A stretch of 64,000 bases of DNA, taken from the NCBI GenBank assembly GCA_022844165.1, contig JALHMH010000014.1:1-64000 (forward strand). The letters run 5' to 3'. Under the pieces are notes generated by a model, which saw only the letters and a program-made list of their open reading frames with translations, did not search any database and was not told where the DNA came from. This stretch comes from Lysobacterales bacterium (GTDB lineage Bacteria; Pseudomonadota; Gammaproteobacteria; Xanthomonadales; SZUA-5). The translations under genes were made by a program, and so were the position numbers. Position 1 is the first letter of the stretch; each line of letters begins with the position of its first letter. Positions 59,887 to 64,000 of this stretch are shown piece after piece.

Positions 59887-59962
59887 GTAGTAATAAAGTG
59901 CGGGGAGCATAGCCGGATTTGTGTCGAGTACGTGCATGGTCGTAGCGCTCGCGGATCGAGTG

Positions 59963-60388
59963 TTAGTCCGGCGCGTCGATGCCACGGCTGACTCGAAACA
60001 CGTGTCCGTCTGGATGCCGCAGGTGCATTTCACGCACGCCCCACTCCATATCCGTCGGTGGCCAGACGATGTCCAGACCCGCCTCAGTGCACGCTGCATA
60101 GACGGCGTCGACGTCGTCCACCCAAACCGACATCCACACGCCCTTGTCGGCGGCATCGTCGCCATCGGCACCAAAGGTGCTCGCGACACCACTGTTGCCG
60201 CGGCCACCCTGGCCATCAAGGCACAAGAAGATCTCGACATTTCCTGCGTACACGCTGCCAAAGCTCGGTGGTTCGCCCCAGCAGAAGCCACGTGCCCAGC
60301 CCCATTTCCCGAACCATACGAAACTGGTCCCAAGGTCCGAAACGTTCAGGATTGGAGTCGTTCGATGGACGACGATCTTACTGCTCAC
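59963..60388 (-). CDS. VOC/glyoxalase (bleomycin-resistance-like) family protein
   Basis: GTG start after GAGGA; PILNVSDL..S..WF, VWVDDVDAVY and PTDMEWGVREMHLRHPDGH motifs. Confidence 0.88.
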   Translation of the reverse strand: MSSKIVVHRTTPILNVSDLGTSFVWFGKWGWARGFCWGEPPSFGSVYAGNVEIFLCLDGQGGRGNSGVASTFGADGDDAADKGVWMSVWVDDVDAVYAACTEAGLDIVWPPTDMEWGVREMHLRHPDGHVFRVSRGIDAPD

Positions 60389-60481
60389 AGGCTTGTGTTC
60401 CTCATCGATACTGGCGTCGGGATTATGGCTGCAAGGGTTGAAGCGGTGCGCCGCGCAGGTCTCGCGGTGCACAGCGAGACC

Positions 60482-61072
60482 TCAGGGGTGCTGGCCGCGC
60501 CGGCGCATCCATCCGGCGATGCTGTAGCGATCAACCTGGGTCGGCAACACCTCGTGCTCAAGTTCGGCGCTCAGAAAGAGGATCAGGCGACCAGCAAGCG
60601 GTTCGATATCGATCGGATCGGCATTGGCCGGGAAAATTCGCAGTTCGCCGCCGTCGCCTTTCTTCCAGCACGGGTTCAAGTAAAGCACCGACGAGATGAT
60701 CCGCGCGTCGTCGTCGCGGAAACGATCCAGGTGGCGGTCATAGCCGCCACCAGGCGGGTAGTGCGAAAAATGCGCTTCGAGTTCTGCGATACCCAAAAAC
60801 CACTGCCGATTCAGCTCCGTGCGGATGCCCTGCATACGTTGGAAATAGGAGCGCACACTGGGTGTTGGATCGTCCGGCTCCAGCCACAAGATCTGATCAG
60901 ACCGAACACGTCGGGCCAGCTGGGCGCCGGCGCCGCGACCGACGCCGGCCGCCCGCAGTTCGTTACGCCGACCCGCTTCCAACGCACATTCGTGCAACGC
61001 GGCGATCGTCGACGCATCGAGAGCGCCGTCAAGAACGACGTGCTGATGCGCTTCAAGGTCCGTAAACCACAT
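60482..61072 (-). CDS. 2OG-Fe(II) oxygenase (prolyl-hydroxylase-like)
   Basis: VRSDQILWL, Y.RHLDRF (HxD), VLYLN..W...GGELR, HEVLP and RYSIAGW motifs. Confidence 0.9.
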   Translation of the reverse strand: MWFTDLEAHQHVVLDGALDASTIAALHECALEAGRRNELRAAGVGRGAGAQLARRVRSDQILWLEPDDPTPSVRSYFQRMQGIRTELNRQWFLGIAELEAHFSHYPPGGGYDRHLDRFRDDDARIISSVLYLNPCWKKGDGGELRIFPANADPIDIEPLAGRLILFLSAELEHEVLPTQVDRYSIAGWMRRRGQHP

Positions 61073-61644
61073 CAGGAATGTGGCTCGCCGAGCAGGTTGA
61101 ACTGCAAGAAGTACAAGCCAGCGTAGACTTTGGGGTCGATCGCGAATCCGGCGTGCATCTTTTCCAGCACGAATGCAGCAATCTCTGAACGCGGAACCTC
61201 GTGCACGGTGATGTTTTCCGTGCTGTCGCCGCCGCCCGCGTGTACACGTCGCAGGTCGCTCGCGCGCACGAAGTGCATGATTTCGGTGGTCATGCCGGCA
61301 CTGCTTGGCCCGGCCATGATGCTCTCAACACTTCGCGCTTCCCAGCCGGTTTCTTCCAGTAACTCGCGTCTGGCGCTATCGGACCACGACTCATCCGACG
61401 AGTCGACCAGATCGCCGACCAACCCGGCGGGAAACTCCAGAGTGCGAGCCTGAATCGGAATGCGATACTGCTCGACCATCAGGACCTTGTCTTCGGGCGT
61501 CAGCGCAATGATCACAACGGCACCTGCAGGATTGGTTCGCGCGGCGTATTCCCAACCGCCGCGGTGGTGCAGAGCAACGAAGCGGCCACGGTAAAGCGTT
61601 TCTTCCGCGGCAGCGTCTCGGGAACTAATGGGCTGAACAGTCAT
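61072..61644 (-). CDS. NUDIX hydrolase (ADP-ribose pyrophosphatase-like)
   Basis: VEQYRIP..LEFPAGLVGD...ARRELLEETGW Nudix box. Confidence 0.9.
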   Translation of the reverse strand: MTVQPISSRDAAAEETLYRGRFVALHHRGGWEYAARTNPAGAVVIIALTPEDKVLMVEQYRIPIQARTLEFPAGLVGDLVDSSDESWSDSARRELLEETGWEARSVESIMAGPSSAGMTTEIMHFVRASDLRRVHAGGGDSTENITVHEVPRSEIAAFVLEKMHAGFAIDPKVYAGLYFLQFNLLGEPHS

Positions 61645-61742
61645 CGTAGGCGGGCTGCCATTTGTTGCGTTGGATCGCGATAATGCCTGCTACCAAGGAC
61701 GCTGTGGTTTTGGCGCCGATCACTTCTTCGATAAATTTGCCC

Positions 61743-63152
61743 ATGATGATCCGATCTTTGCTGACCGGCGCAATGTGTTTTACCGCATTGCTGCAACTCA
61801 ACACGCTCGGCGCGCAAGCTTTGCCCCGCGCTCCAAGCCCATTGCCCACCGACACTGAAGTCGAGCTCAGGAAGATCAACGATCTTGGTGTACTGATGCA
61901 GCGCGCTGAAAAGTGGCGATCAGAAGGCGATCTGCGGCGATACAGTTATGCGATCGAGCGGCTGGTGCAATTGCGCCCTTACAGCCCAAATTTCCAGTAC
62001 GCACTTGCCCAGGCGTATGCGCTGCGCGACGAAAAAACCAAAGCCTACGACACCCTGATCAAAATCCAGAAACAAGGCCTGGCGTTGAATCCCGACAAGG
62101 ACAGTGACTTTGACAAAGTCCGTACAACGCCGGTCTTCAAATACATCGTTGATAGCATCGTCGTCAACGAAACGCCTTGGGGCGAAGGCTCTGTCGTGAC
62201 CAATATTCAGAACGGTCCCGAACTGATCGAATCGGTGGTCTACGACAAGAAACGCGACCGTTTTCTGGCTGGGAGCGTGCGCACCGGTGCGGTTGTAGCG
62301 GTGGATCGCAGCGGTAAGACCACGCCGTTCGCCAGTCCTGCCACCACATCTGGCCTCAAGAGCGTGTTCGCGTTGGCGGTCGACGAGGCGCGCGGATTCT
62401 TGTGGGTAGGCACTGCCGGCGCACCGCAATTCAAGGGTTTTCGTCAAGTCGATCTTGGGACTGGCGCATTGCTCAAGTTTGAACTGGCCAGCGGTAAGCT
62501 GGTTGCGACGCACAAGCTGCCATTCACCGGCGTTCCCCGCGCTTTCGGGTCGATTGCAGTGGCAGGTGACGGCACCGTTTACGCCACTGATGCGATCAGC
62601 AACGTCGTCTACCAGGTCAAAGGCAATCTGTTTCGCGAGCTGTTTGCTGTCCCGGAGTCGACCAGCCTTCGTGGTTTGAGCGTCAGTCCCGATCATAAGT
62701 TCTTGTACTTCGCTGACTACGAACTCGGTCTGCGGGTTGCCGATCTGGGAAAGAGCGAAGTCCGTGAATTGTCGGTCGAAGGCCAGAATCTCGGTGGTAT
62801 CGACGGGTTGTACTATTTCGACAACCACTTGATTGCCATTCAAAACGGCACGGTGCCGACGCGTGTTATTCGCATCTCGGTCGACAAGGAAAAGGGCGTC
62901 CTGAAGGCGGTGCAGCCGCTGGAGGCAAACAAGGACCAAATGCCGTGGCCAACATTTGGTGCCGTCAGTGGCGACGACGTGTACTTCATTGCCAACAGTC
63001 AGCGCGATCTTTACGGTGCCGATGGGAAGCCCTTAGAGGGCACTTTCGTTGAGCCTCGCGCCATCTACAAGGTCAATGCGCGATTCGCGTGGGCCAAGGA
63101 TGAAGCGGGCGTTCACGCGCCTTTGATCAAAGACGCCGAACCTGCGGGCTGA
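61743..63152 (+). CDS. Secreted protein with N-terminal TPR-like helices and a C-terminal beta-propeller (SMP-30/gluconolactonase-like)
   Basis: Signal peptide; helical YALAQAYAL region; blade repeats (ESVVYD, LAVDEARGFLWV, IAVAGDGTVYATD, GLSVSPD..LYFADY, GIDGLY). Confidence 0.7.
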   Translation: MMIRSLLTGAMCFTALLQLNTLGAQALPRAPSPLPTDTEVELRKINDLGVLMQRAEKWRSEGDLRRYSYAIERLVQLRPYSPNFQYALAQAYALRDEKTKAYDTLIKIQKQGLALNPDKDSDFDKVRTTPVFKYIVDSIVVNETPWGEGSVVTNIQNGPELIESVVYDKKRDRFLAGSVRTGAVVAVDRSGKTTPFASPATTSGLKSVFALAVDEARGFLWVGTAGAPQFKGFRQVDLGTGALLKFELASGKLVATHKLPFTGVPRAFGSIAVAGDGTVYATDAISNVVYQVKGNLFRELFAVPESTSLRGLSVSPDHKFLYFADYELGLRVADLGKSEVRELSVEGQNLGGIDGLYYFDNHLIAIQNGTVPTRVIRISVDKEKGVLKAVQPLEANKDQMPWPTFGAVSGDDVYFIANSQRDLYGADGKPLEGTFVEPRAIYKVNARFAWAKDEAGVHAPLIKDAEPAG

Positions 63153-63958
63153 TGGAAGGGTTGCTTCAAACCTTGAAGGGAGCGCTCACTGTGTATGCGA
63201 TTATTGTCGCGTACACGGCTGCATTTACCGTGCTCGAAATGGTGGTGCCGGCAGAGAAGCAACAAGGATGGCGCCGTCGCGTCTTCAACTTGCACTATCT
63301 GCTCTATTACCAGGTGATTCTGGCGTTTACCATGCCCGCGCTGGTCTCACTGGTGGTTGGACAGTTGATGAGAACCTACCCACAGGCGTTTGGGGTGCTG
63401 GACGGCAATACCTGGCATTTGGCGCTCTTCGTATTGGTGTATTTCCTCGCGTACGATTTTTTTTATTACTGGTTCCATCGTTGGCAACACACGTGGCCGC
63501 TGCTGTGGCGCCAACACATGCTGCATCACAGCGAGACGGCGTTGAATGCCACAACAGCTGGACGCCATCACTGGCTGGAGGAGCCAATCCGGGTGTTCAC
63601 GATGACGCTGCCGCTGGCCATTTTGTTTCCCGGTGAGCCGGTCGTAGCCGGCATTGGCGGTTTGGTCATTGGAGCCTGGGTATTTTTTATTCATGCCAAT
63701 CTGCGACTCCATCTGGGTCCGCTGACGCCAGTGATTGTCGGCCCGCAGCTACATCGGATCCACCATAGCGATCAACCGCAACATACAGACAAGAATTTCG
63801 GCGCGTTTTTTCCGATTTGGGACGTCCTCTTTGGCACATACTATGGACCCGCCAAGAACGAGTTCCCGACGACCGGGTTGCATGATGGTCGTCGTGTCGA
63901 CTCGGTGATCGAAGCGCTGTTGATGCCCTTCGGATATCGCGCTCGGAAGAAATCTTGA
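63152..63958 (+). CDS. Sterol desaturase / fatty acid hydroxylase family membrane protein
   Basis: Histidine boxes HRWQH, HMLHHS, HANL and HRIHHS; NFG..F.IWD.LFGT. Confidence 0.9.
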   Translation: MEGLLQTLKGALTVYAIIVAYTAAFTVLEMVVPAEKQQGWRRRVFNLHYLLYYQVILAFTMPALVSLVVGQLMRTYPQAFGVLDGNTWHLALFVLVYFLAYDFFYYWFHRWQHTWPLLWRQHMLHHSETALNATTAGRHHWLEEPIRVFTMTLPLAILFPGEPVVAGIGGLVIGAWVFFIHANLRLHLGPLTPVIVGPQLHRIHHSDQPQHTDKNFGAFFPIWDVLFGTYYGPAKNEFPTTGLHDGRRVDSVIEALLMPFGYRARKKS

Positions 63959-64000
63959 GTCAAGTACTGCCTTCCTTGAGCGGCTCTCGAGTTTTCGGAC

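Noticed and set aside
59921-61126. 401-aa plus-strand ORF
   Set aside because: Antisense shadow of the VOC and 2OG-Fe(II) oxygenase genes with no recognisable motifs. Long shadow ORFs are expected at this GC content.

Overview
GC-rich bacterial chromosomal segment, mostly housekeeping. The tpiA-secG-tRNA-Leu(GAG)-nuoA..N order with separate nuoC and nuoD suggests a Xanthomonadales-like gammaproteobacterium (inference only). From left to right: the 5' end of a cyanophycin synthetase missed by the ORF track; pyrC; an Entner-Doudoroff cluster (zwf-pgl-edd-glk, no eda); SDR/DUF72/HNH/pip/tRNA-Pro(GGG); a secreted DUF4331 protein with an inserted domain plus a TPR lipoprotein; rlmJ; ggt; a ~10 kb Pil-Chp-like chemosensory cluster without CheR/CheB and with two unusual accessory genes; tpiA, secG, tRNA-Leu and the complete nuoA-N operon; prpB; a multidomain secreted PHB-depolymerase-family esterase; a TonB-dependent receptor; an orphan pspF; yggX, rapA, tadA, metH and several small enzymes. 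Two intergenic clusters of a GTAG/GTGG-type REP palindrome are present. I saw no CRISPR array, prophage, rRNA or transposase. The best candidates for an undescribed system are the chemosensory cluster with its stand-alone ~8-TM sensor-like protein and PATAN/DUF4388-like protein, and the prpB-depolymerase-TonB receptor locus. All family assignments come from motif recognition by eye, not from database searches.
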